Part shown: positions 23,641-36,597 of the stretch, one piece after another
How positions within the stretch are numbered: position 1 is the stretch's first letter
Layout: the number at the start of each line of letters is the position of its first letter
Assembly: GCA_973895155.1 (NCBI GenBank)
Contig: OZ316896.1
Location: 22,463,722-22,527,721 of the forward strand
Length of the DNA: 64,000 bases
Direction of reading: 5' to 3'
Source: Marsupella aquatica
Lineage: Eukaryota > Plantae > Marchantiophyta
Notes under the pieces: generated by a model
Told to the model about the DNA's origin: nothing
The model's input: only the letters and a program-made list of their open reading frames with translations
The model's database searches: none
Program-made: the position numbers and the translations under genes

Positions 23641-26600
23641 CTACTTGTGATGCAATTGCAAAACCTGCAATACGTCACGGTGTCTAGAGAAACTCTCCAA
23701 AGGAATCACTTTGGTAAATGCGTCAGCCGGGTTGAGTTTACCATCAATCTTGACTAGCTCAAACAAATTATCAGACACAGCCTGCCTGATAAAATGGTAC
23801 CTGACGTCAATGTGCTTCACTCTGCTGTCCATCACCTGGTTCACAGCAAGGTGGAGCGCACTTTGACTATCACAATGGAGCTTCACATTCCCCTGTGGCA
23901 ATCCCATTTCAGTGATAAGTCTATCCAACCAAATCGCTTCCTTTGCTGCTTCCGCAGCTGCAACATACTCCGCTTCTGTAGTAGACTGAGCAATACACTT
24001 CTGCAAAGTAGACCTCCAACTTATGCATCCACCGCCAAGTGTGAACACGTATCCTGTTGTTGATCTCCTTCGGTCCAAATCTTGTCCATAGTCAGAATCT
24101 ACATAGCCAATCAATGATCTAGCATTCTTTGCATTCGCATCAAATAAAAGACCATGATCCACGGTACCCTTCAAGTACCTGATAATCCACTTCACTGCTT
24201 CCCAGTGTACCTTCCCTGGATTCGACATGTACCTGCTCACCTTGCCCATAGCCATGGCAAGATCAGGTCTAGTGCAAGTCATCAAATACATGAGACTCCC
24301 CACTGCCTTGTCATATGGAACCTTTGACATCAACCCCTTCTCTGTGTCATCCGTAGGACAGAACGCTGATGATAACTTGAAGTGTGGAGCCAACGGGGTA
24401 CTTACTGGCTTGCTATTCTCCATGTTGAACCTTGCAATTACCTTCCTCGCATAACTGCTCTGCGTCAACCATAGCTTGCCAGCCTCCAAGTCCCTAGTGA
24501 TCTCCATACCCAAAATCCTCTTAGCTGGCCCTAAGTTCTTCATCTTAAACTCTGCACTAAGCAGTGCCTTGAGCTTAACAATCTCAGACCTATCCTTGGC
24601 TGCAATTAGCATGTCATCCACATAAAGTACTAAAACAATGAACCCAAAGACAACATTCTTCACCGGTTTCAAATACACACAAGGGTCAAATACACTTCTG
24701 TGAAAACCTTGTGACCGAATCCAATCGTCAAACCGCTTGTTCCACTGTCTTGGTGACTGCTTCAACCCATACAAGGATTTCAGCAATCTGCAAACCAATT
24801 CCTCCTGTCCTCTCTTCACAAAACCTAGCGGTTGTCTCATGAAGATCACCTCTTCCAATGTGCCATAGAGGAAAGCTGTGACAACATCCATCTGATCTAG
24901 GAGCAGACCAAACATTACAACAAGTACACACAATAGTCGTATTGTAGAGTACTTAGCAACTGGTGAGAAGACCTCATTATAATCCACATCTTTCTCTTGT
25001 GTGAATCCCTTTGCTACCAATCTAGCCTTGTAGACCTTCGATCCACCTCCTATGGAATTATCCTTCAGCTTGTAAATCCACTTGCTGTCCACCACTTGCT
25101 GACCCTTAGGCAGCTTAACAAGCTCCCAAGTTTTGTTATCCTTTAGTGACTGCATCTCCGTTTGCATTGCTGCAGTCCACTTCTGCTTCTCTTTTGAAGC
25201 ACTTGCCTCATGAAATGAAGAAGGTTCTCCTTCTTCCAAAATTAACGCATCACCCTCATCATCACCTGTAAAATCATCCTCTTGCAGTTGAGATGAATCA
25301 ACCCATTGTCCATACCTTGATGGAGCGCGTACAGTGCGACCAGATGTTCTTCTAGCCGATGACTCCGGTTGATCTGCGTGTGCTGGTATAATTTGAAGCT
25401 CAACAACATCCACTTGCTGCTCACCAGCATCAACAAACTTCTCTGGTTCCTCTGGCACAGGAACCAGCTCCATAATTGGAGCAACTCCTTCTCTCCGGTC
25501 ATGCACCTCATAACCAATCTCCCCCTCAACGAGATCCAGGATAGGAGATTTTCCTTTGTTAGTATGGGAGACCTGAGTATTCTCCCCCTCCTTCAATAAT
25601 CTGGATTCATTGAAGGAAACATCCCTACTGACAACGAGCTTACAGGCAATAGGATCCCATAGCCTATAGGCTTTCACACCACTCTGGTACCCAAGAAAAA
25701 CACATTTCCTGGAGGTAGGATCCAACTTGGTCCTATTCTGCTTTGGTGTGAGAGCATATGCATCACTTCCAAAAATTACCAAGCCATGATAGTCTGCTTG
25801 CCGCTTATAGCGCATCTCAAACGGCGTTTTGAAATTGATAGCACTAGAAGGAGAAAGATTTACCAAATAAGCTGCGGTATTGACAGCTTCTGCCCAAAAT
25901 TCTTGTGGTAAACCTGATTGGCTCAACATACTCCGTGACCGCTCCAACAGTGTCCGATTGAGCCTCTCAGCGACACCATTCTGCTGCGGAGTATAAACTG
26001 TGGTGAGATGGCGAGTTATCCCCTGTTCTGAACAGTACTCTTCAAATTCCATTGAAGTGTACTCCCCGCCGTTGTCTGACCTCAGACTCTTCACCCTTGT
26101 ATCCAAACACTTGATCGTGTTTCCAGTCTGATTCTCCACCTGGGCCTTCCACTTCTTAAAAATGGACAAGACATCAGACTTATGTGTCATGAAATAAATC
26201 CACACAAATCTTGAGTAATCATCAATAAATGATACATAGTACAACTTTCCAGAGTGTGAGGGAGTCGGGGATGGACCCCACACGTCACTATGTATGTACT
26301 CAAGAACCGCTTTGGAACGATGAGTTCCAACACCAAAAGCACGACGATGCTGCTTTCCAAGAATGCAATGCTCACAAAACTCTAATTTACAAGATTGCAA
26401 ATCAGAAATGAGTCCATTCTTCCGTAAGATAGCCAAACCCTTCTCACTCATGTGGCCTAGCCGTGAATGCCACAGTTGAGTCATCTCCTCGTGAGACTTG
26501 GTTACATTGGCCTCTCCACATACAGTATTGCCCTGTAACACATACAAATTCTTTTGTCTACTCCCCTTCAAAATCACTGTCTCTCCCGACCTGACTTGAA

Positions 26601-26868
26601 GTTCACCATCAATAACGCTCCATTGATGACCATTTGAATCCAACACACCGAGTGAAATCAGATTCTTACGCATGCCAGGTACATACCTGACTCCGGACAC
26701 TATGCGCACAGCGCCATCAAACATTTGAATCTTCACTGACCCAATTCCCTCAATTTGACAGGAGTGATCATTTCCCATCAGAACTGAACCGTTTGAAACA
26801 GAGTAAGAACTGAAAAACTCACGAATATAACAAATATGAAAAGAGCAAGCACAATCAAGAATCCACAC
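23641..26868 (-). CDS. pol: Copia pol: protease, integrase, reverse transcriptase, RNase H
   Basis: WILDCACSFH (PR); HSRLGH..CEHC, DVWGP, RSDNGGEY, AERLNRT (INT); KARLVAKG, QMDVVTAFL, LYGLKQ, YVDD (RT); TEAEY, CDSQSA, ADAFTK (RH). Confidence 0.97.
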   Translation of the reverse strand: MWILDCACSFHICYIREFFSSYSVSNGSVLMGNDHSCQIEGIGSVKIQMFDGAVRIVSGVRYVPGMRKNLISLGVLDSNGHQWSVIDGELQVRSGETVILKGSRQKNLYVLQGNTVCGEANVTKSHEEMTQLWHSRLGHMSEKGLAILRKNGLISDLQSCKLEFCEHCILGKQHRRAFGVGTHRSKAVLEYIHSDVWGPSPTPSHSGKLYYVSFIDDYSRFVWIYFMTHKSDVLSIFKKWKAQVENQTGNTIKCLDTRVKSLRSDNGGEYTSMEFEEYCSEQGITRHLTTVYTPQQNGVAERLNRTLLERSRSMLSQSGLPQEFWAEAVNTAAYLVNLSPSSAINFKTPFEMRYKRQADYHGLVIFGSDAYALTPKQNRTKLDPTSRKCVFLGYQSGVKAYRLWDPIACKLVVSRDVSFNESRLLKEGENTQVSHTNKGKSPILDLVEGEIGYEVHDRREGVAPIMELVPVPEEPEKFVDAGEQQVDVVELQIIPAHADQPESSARRTSGRTVRAPSRYGQWVDSSQLQEDDFTGDDEGDALILEEGEPSSFHEASASKEKQKWTAAMQTEMQSLKDNKTWELVKLPKGQQVVDSKWIYKLKDNSIGGGSKVYKARLVAKGFTQEKDVDYNEVFSPVAKYSTIRLLCVLVVMFGLLLDQMDVVTAFLYGTLEEVIFMRQPLGFVKRGQEELVCRLLKSLYGLKQSPRQWNKRFDDWIRSQGFHRSVFDPCVYLKPVKNVVFGFIVLVLYVDDMLIAAKDRSEIVKLKALLSAEFKMKNLGPAKRILGMEITRDLEAGKLWLTQSSYARKVIARFNMENSKPVSTPLAPHFKLSSAFCPTDDTEKGLMSKVPYDKAVGSLMYLMTCTRPDLAMAMGKVSRYMSNPGKVHWEAVKWIIRYLKGTVDHGLLFDANAKNARSLIGYVDSDYGQDLDRRRSTTGYVFTLGGGCISWRSTLQKCIAQSTTEAEYVAAAEAAKEAIWLDRLITEMGLPQGNVKLHCDSQSALHLAVNQVMDSRVKHIDVRYHFIRQAVSDNLFELVKIDGKLNPADAFTKVIPLESFSRHRDVLQVLQLHHK

Positions 26869-26913
26869 ATCATCTGCTCTCCTAGATGACGTGCATAGGG
26901 CATACCCCCGACT

Positions 26914-27948
26914 TCATAAAACATACTCATCATTGAGTAAATCAGCTTCTCCATCAGCCCTAGCCACATTTGCCGATGAAGTTTCCGCTGCCTTTCCCTT
27001 ACAGTCTCGCTTGAAGTGTCCAACTTGGTTGCACTTCCAACATGTCACCTGCCTCCTCTGAGGGGATTTACCCTTGGACTTAGATCTGGATTTAGATCTA
27101 AACTGGGTTCTACGGTCCCCAGTTGGTCGCTGCATACTCTTCCCACGGTTAACATTGAGGGCAGCACCAGATGATGAAGGCTGTGACGTGATGTGCATCT
27201 TCTGCTGAAGATCATCATTAAGCAGAGAACTTACCACGTCATTGTATGAAATGGTATCCCTATCACGATGCAACAACACTCGTGATAGGGACTGGTAAGA
27301 TGGAGGCAATGAACTAAGAAGCTGCAGAGCCTTCGTCTCATCATTCAAAGTCTCCCCAAGGTTTTCCAAGTCAACGACCATGTCGTTGAAAGCATCCACA
27401 TGGTCTTGCAACTTCGTACCAGATTCCTTCATCCTGAAACTCATCAGTTTGTAAGAAGTGTAGAGCCGGTTCGACAACTCCTTGCGGTGATACTTGCTCT
27501 GCAATTCCGCAAACAAGGACATGCAATCCTTATGTGCACCCAACTGCTTGATGATGGGAGGCATGAGATAGAGTGTAACACACCACACTCCCTGCTCCTG
27601 CATGCGGTCCCATTGTTTCTCATCAACATCGTCTTCACGAGGGCTCAGCAGTTGGCCCATCCCTGACGCATAAAGCACTCCCTTCACTTGCTTCTCCCAT
27701 AGCAAGTAGTCAGAGCGCCCATCATACTTTGTCACTTCATACTTGGGTCCCCCAAGCTTGAAAGTCCCCATCTTCTTCTTTACCGTGAGCTCCGGTAGTA
27801 CTACTGCTTCCTCCACCACACGCCGCACCGGTGATGGTATCGGTGTCACGTGCTCTTCCTCCTGCTCCTCTCTCTGCCCCTGAAACCTCCGCGGTGATCC
27901 TCGTGCTTCAAGTTCCACGTCTTCGAAAAACTCCTCCGAATCACTCAT
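26914..27948 (-). CDS. gag: Copia gag
   Basis: KYDGRSDYLLW, LLSSLPPSY and the zinc knuckle CWKCNQVGHFKRDC. Confidence 0.95.
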   Translation of the reverse strand: MSDSEEFFEDVELEARGSPRRFQGQREEQEEEHVTPIPSPVRRVVEEAVVLPELTVKKKMGTFKLGGPKYEVTKYDGRSDYLLWEKQVKGVLYASGMGQLLSPREDDVDEKQWDRMQEQGVWCVTLYLMPPIIKQLGAHKDCMSLFAELQSKYHRKELSNRLYTSYKLMSFRMKESGTKLQDHVDAFNDMVVDLENLGETLNDETKALQLLSSLPPSYQSLSRVLLHRDRDTISYNDVVSSLLNDDLQQKMHITSQPSSSGAALNVNRGKSMQRPTGDRRTQFRSKSRSKSKGKSPQRRQVTCWKCNQVGHFKRDCKGKAAETSSANVARADGEADLLNDEYVL

Positions 27949-29102
27949 ATGAGAAAGTCACAAAAAATGTTGTTTTTCACAACTTCTCAAAAAACTCAAA
28001 ACTCAACACCGCCGCGTAGCCCACAAAGCTAGGAGTCCAATACTGAAAACCGAAATCAAAATCGAAATTTGACGGAAAAGTTATTCAAATTTCGGTCGAG
28101 GTGGGTAAAACCTTGGGAAACTCCCCCGTTTTGACCACCTCAGGGAATAACCGAAATACCAAGTACAACCCGTTGTCGGAATTGCGATGTGATTGGTGCG
28201 CTGCATTGCCAACTTCAATGGCTACGACCTCGCCGAAAAATAACCAAAAAAGTTACCGTTCGGCGGATGAAATCTTTGTCGGACGGTCAAAAAATAGCTC
28301 TCTGGTTTTTTAGAATATTCTATGACCCTTGTACAGGCCCTGTGGGAATTTTGGAAGAACAATCGAGGGGCTGACATGTGTCCTCGAACCCCCAAAACCC
28401 CCTACCACCCTTCGTCGTCGAAATCTGGTCGCGCGCGCAGAAAATACACACGGCAGAATGTACCCCTCGACACCAAACGCAAGATATCTCACTCGGGTTT
28501 TGACAAAATCAAGATCCGATTTCAGATTTGGAAACTAGACTCCGAGGCGATGAAGATCGATATAAGAAGCACCCAAAACGAGGAAAGAACGAGGGAGAAA
28601 AAAATTGGTAAAGATGACAGATTTCTCTCAATTGCCATAGCCAATTTCGAATCAGTTTTTCAAAGAGAAAAAAATGGTACCTTGTCAACAACGAATGTTG
28701 ATCAATTGCACTTGGTGCCGTCACCAAGTCCAACAAGGTAATTGATTTTGCTTAGCCTTCCTCTTTGCATCAAAGAGCCAATCCCGGACTCAAAAACAAT
28801 CGTCTTGCCTCAATCTCTTCGTTGAGTCAAAACACTTGACGCTTCTCCCTCCGAGTTGATTGCCAACTTTCTTCACAAAATCCAGAACGACGAAAACTTA
28901 GATCTCTCTGCACCACGAGCTCCGTTCAATGATTTCTTCACACCGTTAGAAAGCTCTTGCCCTGATCTATCCGTTGAGCCCATAAACTCCAAGTTCCATG
29001 CGATGGAACTCTGGAAAATCCACCAACACTCAACGCTGGAAAAACCGTCATGAAATCCCGTCACGAACACACGTCACCTCCCAAGCATGCTCTGATACCA
29101 AT

Positions 29103-29541
29103 TGTTGAGCATAGACGACGATCGCAACGGCAAGCCCATGAACCATCCAACGCACAATAGTCGACACAAGAGATACGTGGTTCACCTCCTTGAGGCTACG
29201 TCCACGGGAACACACAAGAGAGCTTTACTGAACTCTAAGCCCGTCGGCTATACCGAGTCTCCACAGTGTAAGCTCTCCCTATCTCTCAAGTGGCTCCATA
29301 ACAATGAGCCTTGGTTCTACCTCTCCAAGCACACATGCCTCTTATGATATAGTGTGCAACTTAGTTGTACCTAACCACATAGTTGTACCTAATCACGTAG
29401 TTGTACCTAACCACATAATTGTACCTAATCACGTAGTTGTACCTAACCACATAGTTGTACCTAATCACGTAGTTGTACCAACCCACATTGTTGTACCAAC
29501 CACGTCATACCTAACCTAGACGTAAGAGTAAATACCCAACA
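29103..29541 (-). repeat. 5' LTR (439 bp)
   Basis: Adjacent to the PBS; direct repeat of 22993-23449. Confidence 0.97.
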
Positions 29542-32500
29542 CCCTTATCTAGAACAGCCATCCTAAGACGGTTAGTCAGGGGATAGTCAGGGGATAGGTT
29601 CCTTAAATCTAGAGAAATAAAATGGTGTCACATGCATGTATCATATGTAAATCTACTGAGAAATACGATGGTTTTCACATGGTTGCATGCATCAAATGCT
29701 AGATGACATAATCTATCTGTATTCTCAAGGAAAGAAGAGAGTAAACCACCACAGGTGATTCAAGAGCTTTACATATGTCCCACATTCTTAAACAGCCACT
29801 CGAAGAAGGTTAATCAGCCATCTCAACTACAGTAATCTAGTGAATAAAATGGTTTCAAATGCATGCATGCATCAATTTTTTTTTATGGCATAAACTGTTT
29901 CCAGAGAAAAGAAGAGAAGTCCAACTCACACTCCTTCACCACAATGAAAAAACCATGGCTGATAGGCCGTGGGCCAAGATCCAAAGCAGCCGCCACGATG
30001 TAGACAAAGAGCCATTACGTCATGGGAAATCTGTGGGGCAGAGGTTGTGAGATTTTGCCTCAAGCTCACATCACATTCAGGAAATCGCCCGCCCACATGC
30101 CATGCTTCAGACGACCCTACCTTAGAAACGACGATATCCCATCGAAGAAATAGTCTCAAGTCCTGTACCTCCCGATCTCCCATCGAAGAAATAGTATCAG
30201 GTCCTATACCTCCCAACTCGCTCGTTTCTTTCATTCATAGTCCTTTCGAGTGGCAATGCGTCATGGGAAATATGAGAGACACAGGCCCTTCGGAAACTGT
30301 GAATCAAATTCGCCAAATCGTCCACATGCTCAAGGCTTCACACGACTAGAACGGGGACTAGAAACGATTATCTCCCTTGGAAGAACTCCTGTAGTCCCTT
30401 GCCTCCAACCAGCCATGCAGCAGAACTCCTTTCGCGGAAAGTCTCTGGAAAAGCAGCTTTCCGATCCCTTTCATTTCATTCACGCGACGGAATGAACGAA
30501 CAGCAGCAGTTAAGAGAGCTGAAAAGGACAATAGTATTTGTGGCCGCAGCTTGCCACAGTCCAAAACAGTTATTCTTTTGATTCATCGTCACGTTAATAA
30601 TGAATGGGAAGTGCAGGGAAACCTGCAGAGTCCAGATATTTAGTATGCCCGCCGTCAATTTATGAACAGTACTCCGGGCGTAGCAGCGGAAGGTGCAGCT
30701 TCGCAAGCGCCAACCACTAAAGTGAAGTGGGGACTGGCGAGAGATGGAGAGAAGAGAGCAATCGTCACAGCTACTGCATGGCTTTCGGTGATTTTTTCCC
30801 CAGCGATTCGCTGCGTTGTGGTACCTTGCAATATCAAGTGGTACATGATCGTCCGTCCCGGGTTTACTGTGACCCAACATGAGCTCACATTTGGTCATTT
30901 GCTGCAACCCTCAGCCGCTGAGCTCATCATGATTTTGTCGTCCAAACGCGGTACCTGTGTGCCTGTGAGTAGCCAGAATAGGCCGTGAAGATTCTGCGAA
31001 CCTCTTCTTTCAGTCAATTGCTTTTCCCAAGTTGCCTCTGATGAACTCGGTTCGATTCTCTCAGAACAAAAGCTTCCCCAAAGTACCATTTCCGTACAGT
31101 CAGAGGGAAGCCGGAAAAGAAAATTTTCCACACTAGAGATCTGTACTTCTAGACCTACACTTCCCTAAGATACAGATTCAGGGGATCCTATTTGTCTTGT
31201 TGGTTCAGGCTCCGGAAGCCAGAGTCTTGTGAGGTGTCGACTGTCACTGCAAGTGCACTAAAGTAAGTGCGCGTTAGTTCAAGACAGATCCGCCCTGCTT
31301 TTCTCGGCCAGTCTCATTTCCAGAGCCAACTCATTACAGTGACTTTACGACAATCAGTACCTTTAATCGGTGTTGTACAGAACACAACTGGGCTCCAGAG
31401 CTCACTTTTGCCCATTCACTCAGTGCATTGCCTGAGCCAACTCCAATTGTTTACACCTTCTAGTACGATAGAAGTGGGTGACTGTTGTCCAGTACAGAAC
31501 TCTCCCCTTAAATTCTGCAGTTGGGGATTCAGGATTTGGTCGGCAAAGCTTTGCAGGGGAGCTACAACGGTAATTTTAACGGTGTTGAGATCCTAGAGCT
31601 GCTTCCCGAGCGATAGTCCTTCGGTGAGTATTTTTTAGTGAGAAATTTATACTGGTCGATCCGGATGTCAGTGCAAGCTTCAGTCCTCAATGCTATTGAA
31701 GTAAAATCCTAAATCTCTTGCAGCCAGTCCCATTTCGATCTGTTTGATCCTCGTCTTTTTCCCTTTCAATTTGCCGCAAGGGAGTATGTAAGGAAATCCT
31801 GGCCCCATTTCTCCTCATTCTAACTCTCTTTCTCCGTCCCTCCCTCGTGGCCACTTGCCCTGAGTCAGCTTGCGTTGAGAGCACTGAGAATCACGTGGTC
31901 TCCCACGAAGCTGTCGTGACTGTTCTAGCTTCGAGCTTGATTTTCGTTCGTGTTCAGGTCTGGCCTGGAACTCGCACAAACAGAAAGGCTCGAACCTTAC
32001 TAGTGGACCAGCGCGACTTGTTGATATGCATCAAAACTGAAATTCTGGGAAGAATTTTGCTATTCCCATTGGCCCGCACTGACCCCCCCTAATTGCTCAG
32101 AGTGGATTCGTTCTTCCTTTCGGCCCTGCTTTGAATTTCGTCGCTGTAGTCTGAGTGCAAGACCAACCAGTCATTGCGGAACGTTGTCTGTCCACACAGC
32201 TGCTGCCATTCACATGAGATTGGCAAATCTTACTTACTCATTTTCTGGGTTTTCATTGATATACAAACGGCCTTACTGTGGTCGACTTGAGCGTCTTCAT
32301 ATTTGTTTTGTAGACAATTTGAGATTCACAAGTACAGTTTTCTGTGTCGTGACCACTGGAAGAGAGGAAGTTCTGCATTCAGTGCTGGAAAGTTCTCACT
32401 CCTGAGCAGTGGTCCTGCAGTGGTTCTGCACGATTATAATTTTACGTGCCTAAAACTTTGTTTGGAAATGAACTATGTAGATGAAAAGTTAGGACTGGAG

Positions 32501-34734
32501 ACGACTGACAGAAACTTACGAGGAACAGAAAAGATAAGTAGAGAGAATTAAAGAAGCACTGGGAGGGATAGTGGACGGATATCTTGCGCCTCTGTTTCAC
32601 TTCAATAGATTCTGTGATCCGAGTAGACTTACATCGTTTAGAACCAGATTGGAAGAATTCTTGCATTCCAATTACAATCACCCACTCGTTTGCTTCAGTA
32701 GTACCACAGCTGTTCTTCACAGTGAGCAACTTACAAACGAGGTGGAGCCGACAGAATCACAAATGGTGGAGGTTCCTTCAAACTTCCCACGGAGGCCGGG
32801 GATTTTCCTATCCATGCAACGATGGTTTTTTGGTAATAGTAACTGATGTATATCGCTTAATCTCTTTGAGAAATTGGAAGCTAGTGTTTTCTAGAAGGGA
32901 TTCAACCAGATGTTCCGTCCAGGCTGAAATGAATCAACTTTCAGTTCCAGGAATTCAACGTGCGGACTCAAACACACAAACAGCGTGAAGTTATAACATC
33001 TGATTGCACCCACGCAAACCAATTCTGGGTGTCTGAGGGTGAATTTTTCCTTCTCAGATTCTCAAAACTGTCAAATTAATTTCATTATGTGCATTCTATT
33101 GCTTCAACGCTCCACCTATTTATAACTTGAATACATTTACTGTAGGTTTGGGATGAAAGAAGTTAAAACATCACAAACAGAACACTCCAATCACTGCAAC
33201 ATTGTCTCCATTGAGGACTTTCCATCAACAAATTTTAAGTGTTTTGCTCATACGTTTTGCAAGTGATAGAAACTACGATAGTTCAGTAGATGCATAAGTG
33301 ATGCTCGACTTGTCTGTGATGGCCTCGAGCAACAAAAAGCAACAGCACATTATCAGAGTCAGCCAAGCATATCAACGGATCTACTAGCTACTCTAGTTCA
33401 GAAATGGAGCTACTCATTTTCCAGCCGTTCAGGAAACGATCTACTTGCAGAGGAGACGTAGGCACTAGAACTCTTTTCCTCAGTCCCCACCATCTTCATG
33501 TCCAGGTTTCCAGGAGTCCAGGGGGTCCTCTATTTCAACGAGGCTGGTAAATGGCCTAGGGACCTCTCATGTTGGACATGCATGATCAGCTTTCTAGTTT
33601 TAGTACTTCTTTGGTGGTCTAGGATTTGCAATGTAGGCTACAGTAGTACCTTGGCCTGCTGAGATTCGGATTCCATTGGGACACTGATTTTGTTCTGCAG
33701 ACAACTTTGTCAGTTTCTGAATATAAAATTCATCCCCTGGATTTGGACATGGGCGAACATTTAGGATGCTCGTATATACTAAGAACAGCAGGCATCATGA
33801 TTGCGGTATTATTTGTCCAGTTGTGTGATTCTGCAACAATCATTATTTTTTCTTGCTTCCGTTTTGATTTTCCTCACAATCATGACAAGATTTGGCAGAT
33901 GGTAAAAGATTTGGCAGATGGGAAAAGCTTCTGAAGCTAGGGCTGAAAGAAATTGAAAGAAGATCTAGCAGAAGCTTCACCCCTGGCCCCGTTCTCCTGA
34001 TTCTACTAGGCGTTGACAGTACAGTGTATTTTTTAAGGATTTCACTTTTTGCTCATAGTGGCGAATATAAAGTGTCCCAAGGAGAAGATGCTCAAAAAAT
34101 TCACTATTCAATTATTTTCTTGACCCTCAGATCTCCCTAGATTTAAGGCTGACCATTAGACTCTGGCTAACTTGGGATTAAGTGGAACACTGGCTAATGA
34201 GACAGCAAAAAAGTAACTAATTTTAGCCCAAAGTGGAGAAAGATTTTTGGGGAGGTGAAATCTAGTTAATTTTCGCCACTAAAAAATAATAAAAAATAAT
34301 AAAAATATATCAAGGCATTTGCGTGTCTGTAAAACCGGCGATCTATATATTCGTGCATGAACCAGTCCAGGCGATTCCAAGGTGTATGAAAGGAGAAGAG
34401 TAATGCTTTTGGAATTTGGGTCCGTGACAAGCATAGCTTGTTGAAATATATAAACAACGTTGATTATGTTCTTTACACTGTTCCAAAGCTGATTGTTATT
34501 CACATGGCCAGCATGACTGTGGAATCATTGTCTCGTTGACTCCTTTATACAATTCATACAATTCAACAATAAAGTGTAACAAGACGCTTATTTTCACACA
34601 GCCTACAAGTAGAGTGTGGTGGTTGGTTTCTCTGGCCACTTGGGTTTGCTTTTTTTTTTTTGCGCCTTACTGGTTGGTCTGGTTTTATCAGTGGCGATCT
34701 TTGAATTCATATGGCCTGGGCACCTTCGCCTTCA

Positions 34735-35070
34735 CTAAAAAAGAGAAAATAAATAAATTAGAAAACCTACCCTTGAGTAGCGGTCCTAATTTACAAAAAG
34801 GGCCAATAAAAGTACAATGAAGAGAAAGAGTCCCAAAGAGGACAAACACCAAATACTAAAGAAGAGGCAAATATATTTCAAACTGCAAAAGGACAAGGGG
34901 CGCCCAACTGGGAGACATGATCCCTCAGGCAAAAAACCCAATCACGGGAAAAAACCAAAGGGCCAAGAAAGACCAATGCAAAGAGGAAAATCTGGAAAGG
35001 GGAAAAGAAAAAAGGGGAGAAAGAGCTACCGTTGCCATAGTGTGATGAGCTATGGTCCACACCTAACATA
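34735..35070 (-). mobile_element. Short dispersed copy of the CRE-family 3' end
   Basis: gagacatgatccctcaggcaaaa.acccaatca matches 46250-46282. Confidence 0.6.
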
Positions 35071-36597
35071 AGAGCATCATGAGCTAATAGTTTGAATCTA
35101 GTGTGTCCCTAAAATGCAAGTGGGACATGGCTGTTCGCAAGCCTCTGCAGAGGCACATGAGTACCCACGGCAAAAGATTTACAATAGATCTTGAGTGTCA
35201 ACTTCCTCTCCGATTTTAATTTGATATATTTTCCTGAGTAGGTTTCATAAGGACTGCGAATTGATAATTCATTTCAGGAAATTGCTCAAACTCACAATTT
35301 TTTAAAATTTAAAAACAATGTAAACATTGACAAGCCAGTGTTTTACACTAGGATGCTTAAAATATTAAAAAATTTACAGGACACAATTATTTGAAGGTTT
35401 CACCAGAACCCCAAATTATTAATCATGCAAAGAAAATGGCACTAAGGTAGTGTTGGTGGTGGAGCGACACCAGCTCATTTTTCAATGGCAAAGAGTCACC
35501 AGATTCCATCTCTCTGAAAAAACCCCACTAGCTGGTCATCCTTGAATCTCAAGAGATCTAACGGTACAAAGTAATTTTTCCTGGAAAATTAGGTAAGAAA
35601 TATTATCAGCATCATCTGCTCCTTCACACATGGAAGGAGACATTGGCCACCTTGGCAAAAAATGAAAAAGGAAGAGATATTTGTCACCTTGGCAAAAATA
35701 AAAGCACTAACAATTATGTATGCTTTTTGTCCAATGATACTGAAGCCAGGGATGGACCACCATGTTGGACATAGTGCTCAAGTGGACCACATTTTGGTGG
35801 TCCATGAGAGTTTGGGGCCCATAACTTATGACTACGAGTCCAAAAATCATTCTTAATTTTGCACCCGCACGACAACTAGGGAAGGAGGAGACTTTAAAAA
35901 CTGCGAGCACAAATGTTTGATATTAACACCATCAAAATTATTGTAGTAAAATTTACCCCTCCGCATTCTATCATGAAAAACTCAACCAAAATGGCCAAAA
36001 AATCACTGTCACTTTGATGGAAGTGTAGCGTACCTACTCTTGTAACATATCTAAAAAACTAAAAAATATTTCAATTTATGAATATCAAGCTATTACCATA
36101 ATGCTCAAATTTTGCTAAATGTGGTCCTTGGGGGCTTGGGGCTTCAGATTCCTTGCTCAATAGATCATTGTTTGTTTGTAACTGAATGTCATGATGTGGT
36201 TGCACAGTTCAGTACTCAACCAGAGGTGACCCATAGGGTGGGAAATTTTAATAAATTAATTAATTTTAATTACTCTATTCGTTTGCAACTGCACCGGTAC
36301 AATGCTACATTGTGTTGAAGCTACTCACAGCAATCTTAGTTCTGGTTACACACCGTGTCTTGTCAAATTGTTTGCAACCAGCTCAAAGCATTTTCTCTAG
36401 CTCCCGCAAAGAAATCGTAGCTCGATGTGCTCACACTCTGTATGGGTTTTGTTCTCTACTCCCTTAAGTTTAAGCATTTTGTCGAAACTCAGCACAGACA
36501 TGTTGGGTTACAATCACTCTATCTGTGCACAGACGTTTCTAGCATTCAGTGATCTTTGTATTCAGTGGTCTTTGAATTTGACGTAGTGAAATTTGTG

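Larger units (their letters stand above)
22993..29541 (-). mobile_element. Full-length young Ty1/copia LTR retrotransposon
   Basis: LTRs 22993-23449 and 29103-29541 (TG...CA, near-identical); TSD CCCTT (22988-22992 and 29542-29546); PBS TGGTATCAGAGC for tRNA-iMet at 29089-29100; PPT AAGGGGAAGAT at 23450-23460; domain order gag-PR-INT-RT-RH. Confidence 0.98.

Noticed and set aside
28322-28741. Antisense 139-aa ORF in the copia 5' leader as an accessory gene
   Set aside because: No recognisable domain and conservation cannot be tested from one copy; length is compatible with chance
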